Source: an uncultured Gemmatimonadales bacterium
GTDB taxonomy: Bacteria > Gemmatimonadota > Gemmatimonadetes > Gemmatimonadales > Gemmatimonadaceae
DNA: 64,000 nt
Direction: 5' to 3'
Assembly: GCA_963793305.1 (NCBI GenBank)
Contig: CAWBZV010000003.1
Coordinates: forward strand, 1,056,001-1,120,000
The notes under the pieces were generated by a model that was not told where the DNA came from, searched no databases, and was given only the letters and a program-made list of their open reading frames with translations. How positions within the stretch are numbered: position 1 is the stretch's first letter; every line of letters starts with the position of its first letter. Below, in pieces: positions 11,062-20,560 of this stretch. Made by a program: the position numbers and the translations under genes.

Positions 11062-11679
11062 TCAGTATCCCGATGCGTAAACCGAAAATCCAGGGCACCG
11101 CCCCGTCACTGTTTGCGCGGGGATCTGTACGCTGCTCGATGCGGGGAACCAGAGGCCGCCCGGCGTCTCTTGGTACCAAATGCCAAGTAACGCTTGCAGC
11201 AGCGGCAACGTGAGCGGATTCGCCCAGTGATACGACATGACCAGCGTCGGCAGGTTCGAACTGTTAAAGACTAACCCGGACGGCTGGAAGCCAACGGTCA
11301 TGTGAGACGAGTCGGCGAGGTACATCGTGATCAAGAGCGAGTCGCCCTGCGCCAGCGTGTCGCCGTTCTGATCCGTAACTAATGCGCCGGCTGGCACATC
11401 GAAATACACGAAACGAGTAGAGTCCGTCTGGCCGGATGCGGCATGGTAGTAGATCGAGTCGTGACGATCCTGCCCGACCACCGCGTAGAACTTCACGGTG
11501 TCGGTCACGAGCCCTGGTGCGTTCGATGCCGGCATCAGAAAGTTCAACAACGAACCGAGTATGCCGTCTTTATGGATCACCGACGCTGCCGCCGGTGTCG
11601 TGGGCGCATGCGACATGTCGCACGCGGTGAGCGCCAGGAGAGCAGCGGCAATGGCGAGGGTCTTCCGTGTTACTGCCAT
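11062..11679 (-). CDS. Lipoprotein with ZU5-like domain
   Basis: LTAC lipobox; FDVPAGAL...ITM...FQPSGLVF...LVMSY pattern resembles ZU5; C-terminus GFSVYASGY. Confidence 0.7.
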   Translation of the reverse strand: MAVTRKTLAIAAALLALTACDMSHAPTTPAAASVIHKDGILGSLLNFLMPASNAPGLVTDTVKFYAVVGQDRHDSIYYHAASGQTDSTRFVYFDVPAGALVTDQNGDTLAQGDSLLITMYLADSSHMTVGFQPSGLVFNSSNLPTLVMSYHWANPLTLPLLQALLGIWYQETPGGLWFPASSSVQIPAQTVTGRCPGFSVYASGY

Positions 11680-12545
11680 ACGATCCTCGGGGGTGGCGTT
11701 GAGAGAAGGAGTGCGCGCTCGACCACGTTCTTGAGCTCGCGCACGTTACCCGGCCAGTCGCGGGTCTCGAGATCAGCGTAGTCGACCTGCGCGTGTTCCC
11801 CGCCAAACCCATCGACGAAGTACTGGGCAAGCGGGATGATCTCGTTTCGTCGGGCCCGCAATGGCGGGAGAGCAATGGGATCGGCGCCGAAGCGCCGACA
11901 GAGCTTGGCGGAGAGGTCGACGGGCGACGTCGCGATCATCCGGAGGTCGAAGCCGCGGCCGGCGATCGTGTCGAAGAGCGTGTCACCCAACTGAGTGATG
12001 GCATTGAGGACGAGCGTGCCACCGGCCGCCAGCGCGAGGAGCCCGGGTTGGCGGTCATCGCCGAACAACGCGCGAGTCGACGTGTGATCGCAGTCGACTT
12101 CGACGAACGGCGAGGCCTGACGCGGACCCTCGTAGTGGATCGCTCGGGCCAGCAATGTCTTTCCCGTCCCGATCTCACCGGTCAACAAGACCGGAGCACT
12201 CCGCTCCGCAATGAGACTCGCCGCCGATTGCAACGTCCCGCTCATGCCGACGATGCCCTCGAACCGATATTTCGTCCGCTCGGCGGCCGTGAAGCTGGCG
12301 TGTGCCTCTCGCGCGCGCAATTGATCAAATTGTTTGCGCAGCCACGATGTCAGCTGGTCCTGATCATTCGGCAGTGAGAAATGATGTGACGCTAACGCGG
12401 CACCCTGAGATGTCGCGGTGAGAGTGACATCGCTCTTGAGCGGTGCCTCGTTTATGACCAATGGCGCTCCGCAGGCCTCGGCTAATGCCGGCCATAGCGC
12501 AGCAAAATTTGTACTGGTCGTGGAGACGACCAATCGAGGATACAT
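11670..12545 (-). CDS. Degenerate sigma-54 activator-like AAA+ protein
   Basis: VLLTGEIGTGKTLLARAIH, PFVEVDC, LPPLR and WPGNVRELKN present; GAFTGA loop absent, Walker B reads LNAI, no C-terminal HTH. Confidence 0.85.
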   Translation of the reverse strand: MYPRLVVSTTSTNFAALWPALAEACGAPLVINEAPLKSDVTLTATSQGAALASHHFSLPNDQDQLTSWLRKQFDQLRAREAHASFTAAERTKYRFEGIVGMSGTLQSAASLIAERSAPVLLTGEIGTGKTLLARAIHYEGPRQASPFVEVDCDHTSTRALFGDDRQPGLLALAAGGTLVLNAITQLGDTLFDTIAGRGFDLRMIATSPVDLSAKLCRRFGADPIALPPLRARRNEIIPLAQYFVDGFGGEHAQVDYADLETRDWPGNVRELKNVVERALLLSTPPPRIVWQ

Positions 12546-12609
12546 TTCGTTTCCCCCCGCCATATGAATACAAGGTCTGCTCGCCGCTCGCCAGATTCGA
12601 GGAAACACC

Positions 12610-13224
12610 ATGATCGCCATTCTGGTTTTTGACGAAGTCGAAGTGCTCGACTTCGCGGGCCCATTCGAGGTGTTCTCCGTATCAAAAGCGGGTTATAACG
12701 TCGTAACGGTCGGCACGAAGCCCGAGATCCGCGCGCGTAACAATCTCGTCGTTCGTCCCACGCTCACTCTCACCGATCCGATCGAGCCCCGCGTGCTCGT
12801 GATTCCTGGCGGGTGGGGCACGCGCGTCGAGATGCGCAACGAGGCCGTGCTCTCCTGGATTCGCGCCAATGCGGCGAAGGCGGAGATCGTGTTCTCCGTC
12901 TGCACGGGCGCCCTACTGCTCGCGGCCGCCGGCCTGCTGCGCGATCTCACGGCGACGACGCACCACGGTGCGCTGGAGGAGCTGCGACAGGCCGAGCCGC
13001 GGTGTCAGGTCACCGATCGCCGGATCGTCGACAACGGCGCCGTCGTCACCGCCGCCGGGATTTCATCGGGGATCGATGGCGCGTTTCACATCCTGTCGAG
13101 ACTCGCCGGGATGAACGTCGCCATCGAGACCGCGCATTATATGGAGTACCCCTTCAATCCCGACGCAATGCCTGCACGGGGTCAGCCCGCGCCGCTCGCC
13201 GCGCAGGAAGCGTCGCCGCGATAA
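12610..13224 (+). CDS. DJ-1/PfpI family protein
   Basis: EVLDFAGPFEVF, IPGG, SVCTGA and TAAGISSGID motifs. Confidence 0.92.
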   Translation: MIAILVFDEVEVLDFAGPFEVFSVSKAGYNVVTVGTKPEIRARNNLVVRPTLTLTDPIEPRVLVIPGGWGTRVEMRNEAVLSWIRANAAKAEIVFSVCTGALLLAAAGLLRDLTATTHHGALEELRQAEPRCQVTDRRIVDNGAVVTAAGISSGIDGAFHILSRLAGMNVAIETAHYMEYPFNPDAMPARGQPAPLAAQEASPR

Positions 13225-15478
13225 GCGCGGCGACAACGAGGGTGAGCGCGGCCGCGATGATTGCGAGCGGCTGTGGGGCATCGAGGCCAATGACGCTGTG
13301 GCCCACGAGCCTGAGCGCGAGTGCCGCGCCCGCGAGACCGAGCGCGAGGCCGGAGAGCACCGGGCGCATGGCGTCTCCCAATACGCCTCGGAACAATCGC
13401 GCCGGCGAAGCGCCCAGTGCGAGGCGAATGCCCATCTCCGTCATCCGTCGCGCGACCATGTACGACACAACGCCATAGAGGCCAATGCAGGCGAGTGCGA
13501 GCGCCAGCGCCGCGAGGACGCCGGCGCTCGTCGCCAGCGCGCTTTGGCCGGCCGTGATCCCTTTCGTTGCGTCGGTCATCGTCTCGAGGCGAACCAGCGC
13601 CGCGCGCGGATCGACGGCGTGAACGGCGTCACGCACCGGAGCGAACAGTGCGGCGGGAGCGCCCGCGGTACGGAGGACGAACATCGCCTGCCCCATGTCC
13701 GCCTTCGCCGCGTGCTCGAGTGGGATGAAGACGCGACACGTGGCCGCACCGACTTCCTCGGGCCGCTCGCCAAAAGCGCGCACGTCCCGCGCAATGCCGA
13801 CGACGCGGAGCGTCCCTCCGTCGGTCACGCGCAGCGTCCGCCCAATCGGGTCGACGCCCGGAAAGAACACCCGCGCCGCCTCGGCGCTCAGAATCGTGAC
13901 CGCTCCGTCGTTCGGCACAAAGTCCCGACCACGCAGGAGCGGGATCCCCGTTGCCGCCCAGTAGTCGGCGCCGATGCCGCTCGGGCCAACGTCGACCGGA
14001 CCGCCGTCCGGCAACGGGTGACAGACCGTCCGGTTGATGGCCGTGATGTGATCGCGCGCGACCGTGGCCGTCACTACGCCGGGAATCGCACCGAGCTTCG
14101 CGCGCACGCGCTCGTAGAACGCGAGCTCGCTCGGGCCGCTGTATCCCAACGTGTTCGCATACAGGGCGAACTGGAGCGTGCGATGCTGCTCGAAGCCCGT
14201 GTCCAGGCGCGCCATCGATGCGGCGCTGCGCACGAGTTGGCCGGTGACGATGAGCAATACGAGCGACAGCCCGACCTGAATCATGGCCAAACTCCGGCCG
14301 ATTCTGGGCGTCGAGCGCGTCTCGTTCTCCAGTCTTGCGACCGTGAGCGCCGGCGCGGCGCCAGCCGCCAGCACGGTCACGAGCACCGCCACCGCGACGA
14401 ACGCCAGGACCCGTCCACGGGGCACGAGATCCAGCATGAGCGGCCCCTGGCTCGGCGCGAGGCGCGTGGCGATCACGGGTCCGAGCACACCGGCGGCGAA
14501 TACGGCGAGGATCCCGCCGGCCAGGGCGTACACCAACGTCTCGACGACGAGCTGGCGGACGATCTGTGGGCGCGATGCGCCCATGGCCAACCGGATCATG
14601 ATCTCCTGCCGGCGGCCAGCGCCGCGGGTGAGCAGCAGGTTCATGACGTTGGCGCAGACCAGGAGCAGTACAGCAGCCGCGGCGGCGGCGAGGACACGCA
14701 GGGGCGTTGCTGAGGCGTGAGCGAGACGCTCGAGGCCCTGCGAGCCATCGCTCACGAGGACTCGCCCCAGGGTGTCGCGCGTGAAGGTGCGGTGGAGGTC
14801 CGTGAGCTCTCGCTGCGCGACCGCCGCGGTCGCGCCTGGCGCGAGGCGCGCGAGTATGCCCACGGTCGTGTGATCGTTCAAGCCGAGTTGGGGATGCCAG
14901 ATCAGCGGTAACCACAGGTCTTCGGGCATCTCGCCAGCCGTCAGCCCGGGAAAGTCACATGGCATGACCCCAATGATCGACGTGCTCAATGCGTCGAGCA
15001 TGACCGTCTGGCCGATCGCGGCCGTCAGACTCCCGAACTGCCGGGTAGCGTACGCGCAGCTCGCGACGGCGACTGGTGCGGCGCCCGGCCGATCATCTTC
15101 GCGACGCAACGGCCGGCCGAGGACCGGCACGCCGAGAATCGCAAACACATCGCCTGACAGAAGGCCGGCTGTTGCGACCCCGGGTTGGCGCTGGACTACG
15201 GTACTGAGTCGCGTGCCGTCATAGGCGATGATCCCGGAGAGCGACCGGCTCCGGTCCCGAAAGTACTCGGTCTCCAGGATCGTGAAGCCATCGTCCAGGG
15301 TCGCGTTGACGAGCCGCTCGGGGTGTGCGACCGGGAGAGGTCGCAGGAGGATGGCGTCAACGAGAGAGAATGCCGTCGTGCTCACGCCGAGTCCGAGCGC
15401 GAGGGTCAGCACGACGGTGGCGGTCACCAAGAGTGACCGGCGCGCTGACCGAAGCGCAAATAGAAAATCACGGACCAT
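13154..15478 (-). CDS. ADOP-type duplicated MacB/FtsX ABC permease
   Basis: LTLALGLG, CANVMNLLLTR..EIMIRLAMGA, GLYGVVSY.V..R..EMGIRLALGA and PARRAARADP; duplicated architecture. Confidence 0.92.
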   Translation of the reverse strand: MVRDFLFALRSARRSLLVTATVVLTLALGLGVSTTAFSLVDAILLRPLPVAHPERLVNATLDDGFTILETEYFRDRSRSLSGIIAYDGTRLSTVVQRQPGVATAGLLSGDVFAILGVPVLGRPLRREDDRPGAAPVAVASCAYATRQFGSLTAAIGQTVMLDALSTSIIGVMPCDFPGLTAGEMPEDLWLPLIWHPQLGLNDHTTVGILARLAPGATAAVAQRELTDLHRTFTRDTLGRVLVSDGSQGLERLAHASATPLRVLAAAAAAVLLLVCANVMNLLLTRGAGRRQEIMIRLAMGASRPQIVRQLVVETLVYALAGGILAVFAAGVLGPVIATRLAPSQGPLMLDLVPRGRVLAFVAVAVLVTVLAAGAAPALTVARLENETRSTPRIGRSLAMIQVGLSLVLLIVTGQLVRSAASMARLDTGFEQHRTLQFALYANTLGYSGPSELAFYERVRAKLGAIPGVVTATVARDHITAINRTVCHPLPDGGPVDVGPSGIGADYWAATGIPLLRGRDFVPNDGAVTILSAEAARVFFPGVDPIGRTLRVTDGGTLRVVGIARDVRAFGERPEEVGAATCRVFIPLEHAAKADMGQAMFVLRTAGAPAALFAPVRDAVHAVDPRAALVRLETMTDATKGITAGQSALATSAGVLAALALALACIGLYGVVSYMVARRMTEMGIRLALGASPARLFRGVLGDAMRPVLSGLALGLAGAALALRLVGHSVIGLDAPQPLAIIAAALTLVVAALIAATLPARRAARADPVQALRRD

Positions 15479-15564
15479 GACCGGGGTCTATGAAAGACCC
15501 GTGCCGCGAGCTATCCCATTGTCATTCAACAGCAATGGCTAGCTGCCAGTTTCGCCAGTGGGAC

Positions 15565-16914
15565 TCAGCGTGGCGTCCATGGGATTATGCGAAAGTGCGG
15601 GCCGGAGGTTGCCACGGGGTCGAGCTTGTGATGCGCGACGGTCTGGTGGACCTCACGCACGAAAATGTTGTCGCTGGTTGTGTCCTGAATGTGATCCGTG
15701 GCCCACACGAAGCGGGACGGCGCGATGTAGGCCAAGAGGACCGTCTCGCCGGCGATCCCGTCCATCGGGTAGAGCCGGACCTGCCCTCCCGCCAACAACG
15801 CCGAGTCGGTGACCGCGCGGATAGTCGGCTGGACGCGTGCGCGCTCGTAGTCATCTGGTAGCTCGGTCCACCGCCGCGCCAGCACGGATCGCAGGTACGT
15901 CACAATCGGCGCCGAGGCAACGAGCGTCGCGCCATGTGCCACCCAGAATCGCATTCCCGCGGTGTGCGGCCACACCGCGTTCATGACCACCATGACCGTC
16001 GGGTGATGACCCGGGAATAACTGACCCACGCGCTCATGTTCCAATCGCGCTCGATCCTCGCCGCCTGGTGAATCGAATACAAACACGGTGTCGCGCTGCA
16101 GCGAGACCACGGACGTGAACGCGGAATTGACCAGCAGATACGTGCCCCCGCCTACGGGCACCGTATCCAGAGGGTCCGCCGGAAAGCGATGTTGCGGATC
16201 GATCGGCAACGTCACCGTCGCATCGGGCACAACGAGACTCGGTGCGCTATCAACAGACACGAGCACACCACCGCCGCTGTACGGATCAACATACCGCGAC
16301 ATGTCGATCTGACCGTCGACCGATCGCGTGATCGACGCGGGATACAGTGCCCGCCGCCCGACATCGGACCACGTCTCGTAGTCGTACACGACATGAATGG
16401 GCCCGAGAAAGTAGTGAGCCTCCCTTCGCATGAGGGCGACGGGAATAGCGGTCCGTTCGTCGAGCAACAGGGAGTCAGTGCCGAAGCGCCCGCGCCGTGT
16501 GAGGACGATGCGATTGTAGTCGTGATAGAGACGATGACCGGCGACTCGCACGGTGGTGTCCATCCGCCACTCGGCCAGCACGGCCCACGGGTCGAACGCC
16601 CGGTACATCCACGCCCCAGCGTGCGAGCGCTTCGAGGCAAGCGTCCCATTCGTGAACGTGGCGCGCGGCGAGCGGATCGAGATCGTGCCGCCGGCGAGGG
16701 CCGCGCGCTCGACGCCCGTCGCGGGATCGATCCAGAGCGTGTCCCTCGTCGGGTACATGATGTACGGCTCGTACGGGCGGTCCGATTCGTCGCTCAAGAA
16801 CTGCGCGGTGGACTCGATAATCCGGAGGACCGCGCCGCGCGCGGCGTACACGCCGATGGCGCTATCGGCACGGGCCAGCCAGGCCGAGGCCGCGATGGCA
16901 AGAGGCAGTAGCAT
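15565..16914 (-). CDS. Secreted protein with C-terminal MBL-like fold, degenerate metal motif
   Basis: Signal peptide; VFVFDSP...VMVVMNAVWPHTAG in place of HxHxDH; paralogous to 32387..33817 and 53194..54543. Confidence 0.7.
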   Translation of the reverse strand: MLLPLAIAASAWLARADSAIGVYAARGAVLRIIESTAQFLSDESDRPYEPYIMYPTRDTLWIDPATGVERAALAGGTISIRSPRATFTNGTLASKRSHAGAWMYRAFDPWAVLAEWRMDTTVRVAGHRLYHDYNRIVLTRRGRFGTDSLLLDERTAIPVALMRREAHYFLGPIHVVYDYETWSDVGRRALYPASITRSVDGQIDMSRYVDPYSGGGVLVSVDSAPSLVVPDATVTLPIDPQHRFPADPLDTVPVGGGTYLLVNSAFTSVVSLQRDTVFVFDSPGGEDRARLEHERVGQLFPGHHPTVMVVMNAVWPHTAGMRFWVAHGATLVASAPIVTYLRSVLARRWTELPDDYERARVQPTIRAVTDSALLAGGQVRLYPMDGIAGETVLLAYIAPSRFVWATDHIQDTTSDNIFVREVHQTVAHHKLDPVATSGPHFRIIPWTPR

Positions 16915-16953
16915 GCCAGAGCGTACCACCCCGCTTCGTCGTCCCAATGCTGG

Positions 16954-16987
16954 CGTGCAGCGAACGCGGCATCCGTGCAGCCAATGC
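16954..16987. promoter_or_regulatory. Putative LytTR operator (direct repeats)
   Basis: CGTGCAGCGAACGC and CGTGCAGCCAATGC start 20 bp apart between divergent MBL-like and LytS genes. Confidence 0.55.
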
Positions 16988-17029
16988 CTTGCTGCTGACC
17001 GGCGCACGTCGTACGCTCACAGGGTGCGG

Positions 17030-18019
17030 ATGCGGACCCTCATTGCCCTCTGGTCGCTCCCCGCGTGGTACACGGCGCTCAACGACCAGGTCACCGTGCT
17101 CCTCAAGGGCGGTCACCTGTTGCCATGGGGCCAGATGGTGCCGCCGCTCGCCGAGTGGTACATGTGGGTGCCGATCACGCCGATCGTCTTGCGGCTCGCC
17201 GCGCGATTCCCGATCGCGCACCGACGCACGTGGCGCAACTTCGCGCCGCACGCTCTGGCGATCGTCTTGATCAGCATCTTACGCGGTGTGCTGTATACAT
17301 CGACCACGGTCGTGTTCGCGCACGCGACGCCGTTCCTGTGGCAGACGATCGTCTTCGAGGTGCCATTCGCGGCCGCGATCTATGGGGTCATCGTCGGCAT
17401 CGACAGCACGGCGCGTTTGCAGACGCAGCTGGCCCGGGCCGAGTTGGTGGCATTGCGCGCCAACCTTCAGCCGCACTTCTTGTTCAACGCGCTCCACTCG
17501 GTCGGCGCGTTAGTGCGCGCCCGAGACCACGATGGCGCCGTTCACGTGATTGCCGAGCTCAGCGATCTGCTACGCGCGCAACTGCGACGCGATGCCCCTG
17601 ATGAAGTCTCGCTGCGCGACGAGATCGCCTTTGTCGAGCGATATCTGGCGATCGAGCAGGTGCGGTTCCGCGATCGGTTACGCGTGCGGTGGGACATCGC
17701 GCCGGACACGACGGACGCGATCGTTCCGCGCCTCTTGCTGCAGCCACTAGCCGAGAACGCAATTCGTCACGGCATCGGCAAGTTGAGTACGGCGGGTCTG
17801 GTGGTCATCGCGACGAGCCGGCGCGGCGACTGGCTCGAAGTCACTGTGACGGACGATGGCCCTGGCCCCAAGGAGAGAAGCGACAACGGAGGCCTGGGTC
17901 TCGCGACTGTCCGCGCGAGGCTCCGACACGCGTACGGCCCACAGGCCGATGTCACGCTGGCCCGAGGACAGGCCGGTGGTGCGATCGCCGTGGCGCGCTT
18001 GCCGTTTCGCGATGCGTGA
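17030..18019 (+). CDS. LytS/YehU-type sensor histidine kinase
   Basis: TM helices; LRANLQPHFLFNALH, LQPLAENAIRHG, DDGPG and GLGL. Confidence 0.93.
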   Translation: MRTLIALWSLPAWYTALNDQVTVLLKGGHLLPWGQMVPPLAEWYMWVPITPIVLRLAARFPIAHRRTWRNFAPHALAIVLISILRGVLYTSTTVVFAHATPFLWQTIVFEVPFAAAIYGVIVGIDSTARLQTQLARAELVALRANLQPHFLFNALHSVGALVRARDHDGAVHVIAELSDLLRAQLRRDAPDEVSLRDEIAFVERYLAIEQVRFRDRLRVRWDIAPDTTDAIVPRLLLQPLAENAIRHGIGKLSTAGLVVIATSRRGDWLEVTVTDDGPGPKERSDNGGLGLATVRARLRHAYGPQADVTLARGQAGGAIAVARLPFRDA

Positions 18020-18731
18020 GACGCGTGTGCTCATCGTCGACGACGAGCCATTGGCGCGCGATGTGATTCGCGGGCTCTTGAGCCGGCTTGATGGCGTCAC
18101 GGTGATCGGCGAATACGGCGATGGCGTTCGCGCGATCGAGGCCGTGCGGACGCTCGAGCCGGACATCGTGTTTCTCGACGTGCAGATGCCGGACCTCGAT
18201 GGCTTCGGCGTGCTGCGGGCGTTGCCGGCCGAGCGCGCGCCGGTCGTTGTGCTCGTGACCGCGTACGACGAGTTCGCGGTCAAGGCGTTCGAGGCCGAAG
18301 CGCTGGATTTTGTCGTCAAGCCATTCACGGATGATCGATTTTATCACGCCTTCGAGCGCGCACGCCGCCGCCTCGCGCCGGCGTATCGCACGCGACTGCT
18401 AGTGTCGTCCGGCAGGCGGTCGGTGTCGCTCCCAGTGGCATCCGTGACGTGGATCGCGGCCGAGGACTATTACGCACGCGTGCATGCCGGCACCGCGTCG
18501 CATTTGCTGCGAGAAACCCTGACGGCGCTCGAGGGCGAGCTCGACCCACGGACATTTGTACGCATCCATCGCTCGGCGCTCGTCAACGTCGACTACGTCC
18601 ACGAGTTACGCCGCGGCCCCGAGGGGCACTATAGCATCGTGCTGCGCGACGGCACACGCCTGCGGGTGAGCGAGCGCCGCCGCGCGGCGGTGCTCAAGGC
18701 GTTGGGCGCCAGCGCGATCAGAGAACCGTAA
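18012..18731 (+). CDS. LytTR-family response regulator
   Basis: VDDEPLAR, FLDVQMP, TAYD, KP; LytTR motif FVRIHRSALVN. Confidence 0.95.
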   Translation: MRETRVLIVDDEPLARDVIRGLLSRLDGVTVIGEYGDGVRAIEAVRTLEPDIVFLDVQMPDLDGFGVLRALPAERAPVVVLVTAYDEFAVKAFEAEALDFVVKPFTDDRFYHAFERARRRLAPAYRTRLLVSSGRRSVSLPVASVTWIAAEDYYARVHAGTASHLLRETLTALEGELDPRTFVRIHRSALVNVDYVHELRRGPEGHYSIVLRDGTRLRVSERRRAAVLKALGASAIREP

Positions 18732-18795
18732 AGGCGTCGTAACGGCGGCCCGCGCTGCGTGGCGGACCACGAGGTCTTAGCGGCAGACTGTCAGC

Positions 18796-20058
18796 GTGGA
18801 TCGCCACGCGCGGCGTCAGTGGACGGTGGTCGGCTTGATGGTCGTCGGCTACGCGGGGTACTACGTCTGCCGCTCGGACTACTCGGTCTCGCTGCCGCTC
18901 CTCATCACCGAGCTCTCGGCGCATGGGATGAGGCCCGCGGATGCCACCGTCCGCCTCGGCACCATCACGTCCCTCGCCGTGCTCGCCTACGCCCTCGGCA
19001 AATTTGCCAGCGGCGCGCTGGCTGACCGCGTCGGCGGCCGGCGGTTGTTCCTAGGCGGCATGCTGGGCTCCATCCTCTGCACGATCGCCTTCGCGCTCGG
19101 CGGCAGCCTCCCGATCTTCACGCTCGCGTGGATCGCCAACCGCTTGGTGCAATCCACCGGATGGGTCGGCATGGTGAAGCTGACATCGCGCTGGTTCTCG
19201 TACGCGCAGTACGGAACCGCCATGGGTGTCATCAGCTTGAGCTACCTGCTCGGCGACGCGGGCGCACGGGCGTTTATGGGTGCGCTGATCGCCCATGGTC
19301 TCGGATGGCGCGGCGTCTTCTACTCCGCGGCGGCGGTCCTCGGCGTGTTGTTCGTGATCAACGCCATCTGGCTGCGCGAGGGGCCGGAGACACCACCGCC
19401 CGATAGTCCCGACCGACTCGATGATGGCCGTGGCGTGCTCAGCTCGCTCTTCAGAAGCCCGCAGTTCTGGATCGCGTGCATCCTCTCGCTCGGGTTCACG
19501 CTGTTGCGCGAGACGTTCAACACGTGGACGCCCACGTTCTTTACTCAGGCCGTCTCGCTGTCCGCCGCGAATGCCGCGACGCAAAGCGCGTGGTTCCCCG
19601 TGCTTGGCGCCGTGTCCGTCGTGGTCGCCGGATTTGCCAGCGATCGCCTCGGTCGGGGCGGGCGAGCGCGCATCATGTTGTTCGGACTCATCGCAACTGT
19701 TGTTTTACTGCTGCTCCTGGCCCATTCACGGCTATGGCCGGTCGGTCTGGTTGCGGCGACGGGGTTCGCGTTGCTCGGCCCGTACTCGTATCTGGCGGGC
19801 GCGACATCGCTCGACTTCGGCGGCCAGCGCGCCAGTGCTACCACCTGTGGCATCATTGATGGCGTCGGCTACCTGGGCGGCGTGCTCGCCGGCGACAGCA
19901 TGGCGCGCGTCTCGGTCGCGTTCGGATGGCACGGCGCGTTCGACGTGCTCGCGGCCGTCGCGTTTCTCACGGGCATCGCCGCACTCGCACTCGTCCTCAC
20001 ACAAGAGTCCCATGGATATCGTCGAGCAGATCATCACGCTGTACCGTCAACGCGGTGA
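18796..20058 (+). CDS. MFS transporter, organophosphate:Pi antiporter (GlpT/UhpT-like); probable phosphonate importer
   Basis: GYAGYYVCRSDYS, GALADRVGGRR, SRWF and GIIDGVGYLG; first gene of phn cluster. Confidence 0.85.
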   Translation: MDRHARRQWTVVGLMVVGYAGYYVCRSDYSVSLPLLITELSAHGMRPADATVRLGTITSLAVLAYALGKFASGALADRVGGRRLFLGGMLGSILCTIAFALGGSLPIFTLAWIANRLVQSTGWVGMVKLTSRWFSYAQYGTAMGVISLSYLLGDAGARAFMGALIAHGLGWRGVFYSAAAVLGVLFVINAIWLREGPETPPPDSPDRLDDGRGVLSSLFRSPQFWIACILSLGFTLLRETFNTWTPTFFTQAVSLSAANAATQSAWFPVLGAVSVVVAGFASDRLGRGGRARIMLFGLIATVVLLLLLAHSRLWPVGLVAATGFALLGPYSYLAGATSLDFGGQRASATTCGIIDGVGYLGGVLAGDSMARVSVAFGWHGAFDVLAAVAFLTGIAALALVLTQESHGYRRADHHAVPSTR

Positions 20059-20560
20059 CGAGATGTACGGCGGCGAGGCCGTCACGCAGACGGAGCACGC
20101 GCTCCAGACCGCGCATCTGGCCGAGGCGGACGGCAGTTCGTCGACGCTGATCGCGGCGGCGTTGTTGCACGATATCGGACATCTCGTGCACGACCTTCCC
20201 GAGAACGCGGCCGACTTAGGGCTAGATGATCGCCACGAGGCGCTCGGCGCGCGGTGGCTCGGGGCACACTTCGGACCCGCGGTCACGGAACCTGGCAAGC
20301 TGCACGTGGCCGCGAAGCGGTATCTCTGTGCCGTGGATCCCGCATATCTGTCACGCTTGTCACCAGCATCGGCGCAAAGTCTCGATCTACAGGGTGGCCC
20401 GATGGCCGACCACGAGGTCCGCGCCTTCGAGGCGCTTCCGTTCGCGGCCGATGCCGTCAAGCTGCGGCGTTGGGATGACGAAGCCAAGATTCCCGGCTGG
20501 GACGTGCCGCCGATCGAACACTATCGTTCGTGTCTGGAACAATGCCTCGACTCGCGGTAA
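20012..20560 (+). CDS. phnZ: Phosphonate-degradation HD-domain oxygenase (PhnZ-like)
   Basis: YGGEAVTQTEHALQ, ALLHDIGH, HVAAKRYL, SL.LQGGPM and LRRWDDEAK. Confidence 0.85.
   Translation: MDIVEQIITLYRQRGDEMYGGEAVTQTEHALQTAHLAEADGSSSTLIAAALLHDIGHLVHDLPENAADLGLDDRHEALGARWLGAHFGPAVTEPGKLHVAAKRYLCAVDPAYLSRLSPASAQSLDLQGGPMADHEVRAFEALPFAADAVKLRRWDDEAKIPGWDVPPIEHYRSCLEQCLDSR

Noticed and set aside
13154..13224. Convergent 3' overlaps (DJ-1/permease; also 32387..32460 and 58903..58990)
   Set aside because: Short low-complexity tail extensions expected where stop codons are rare
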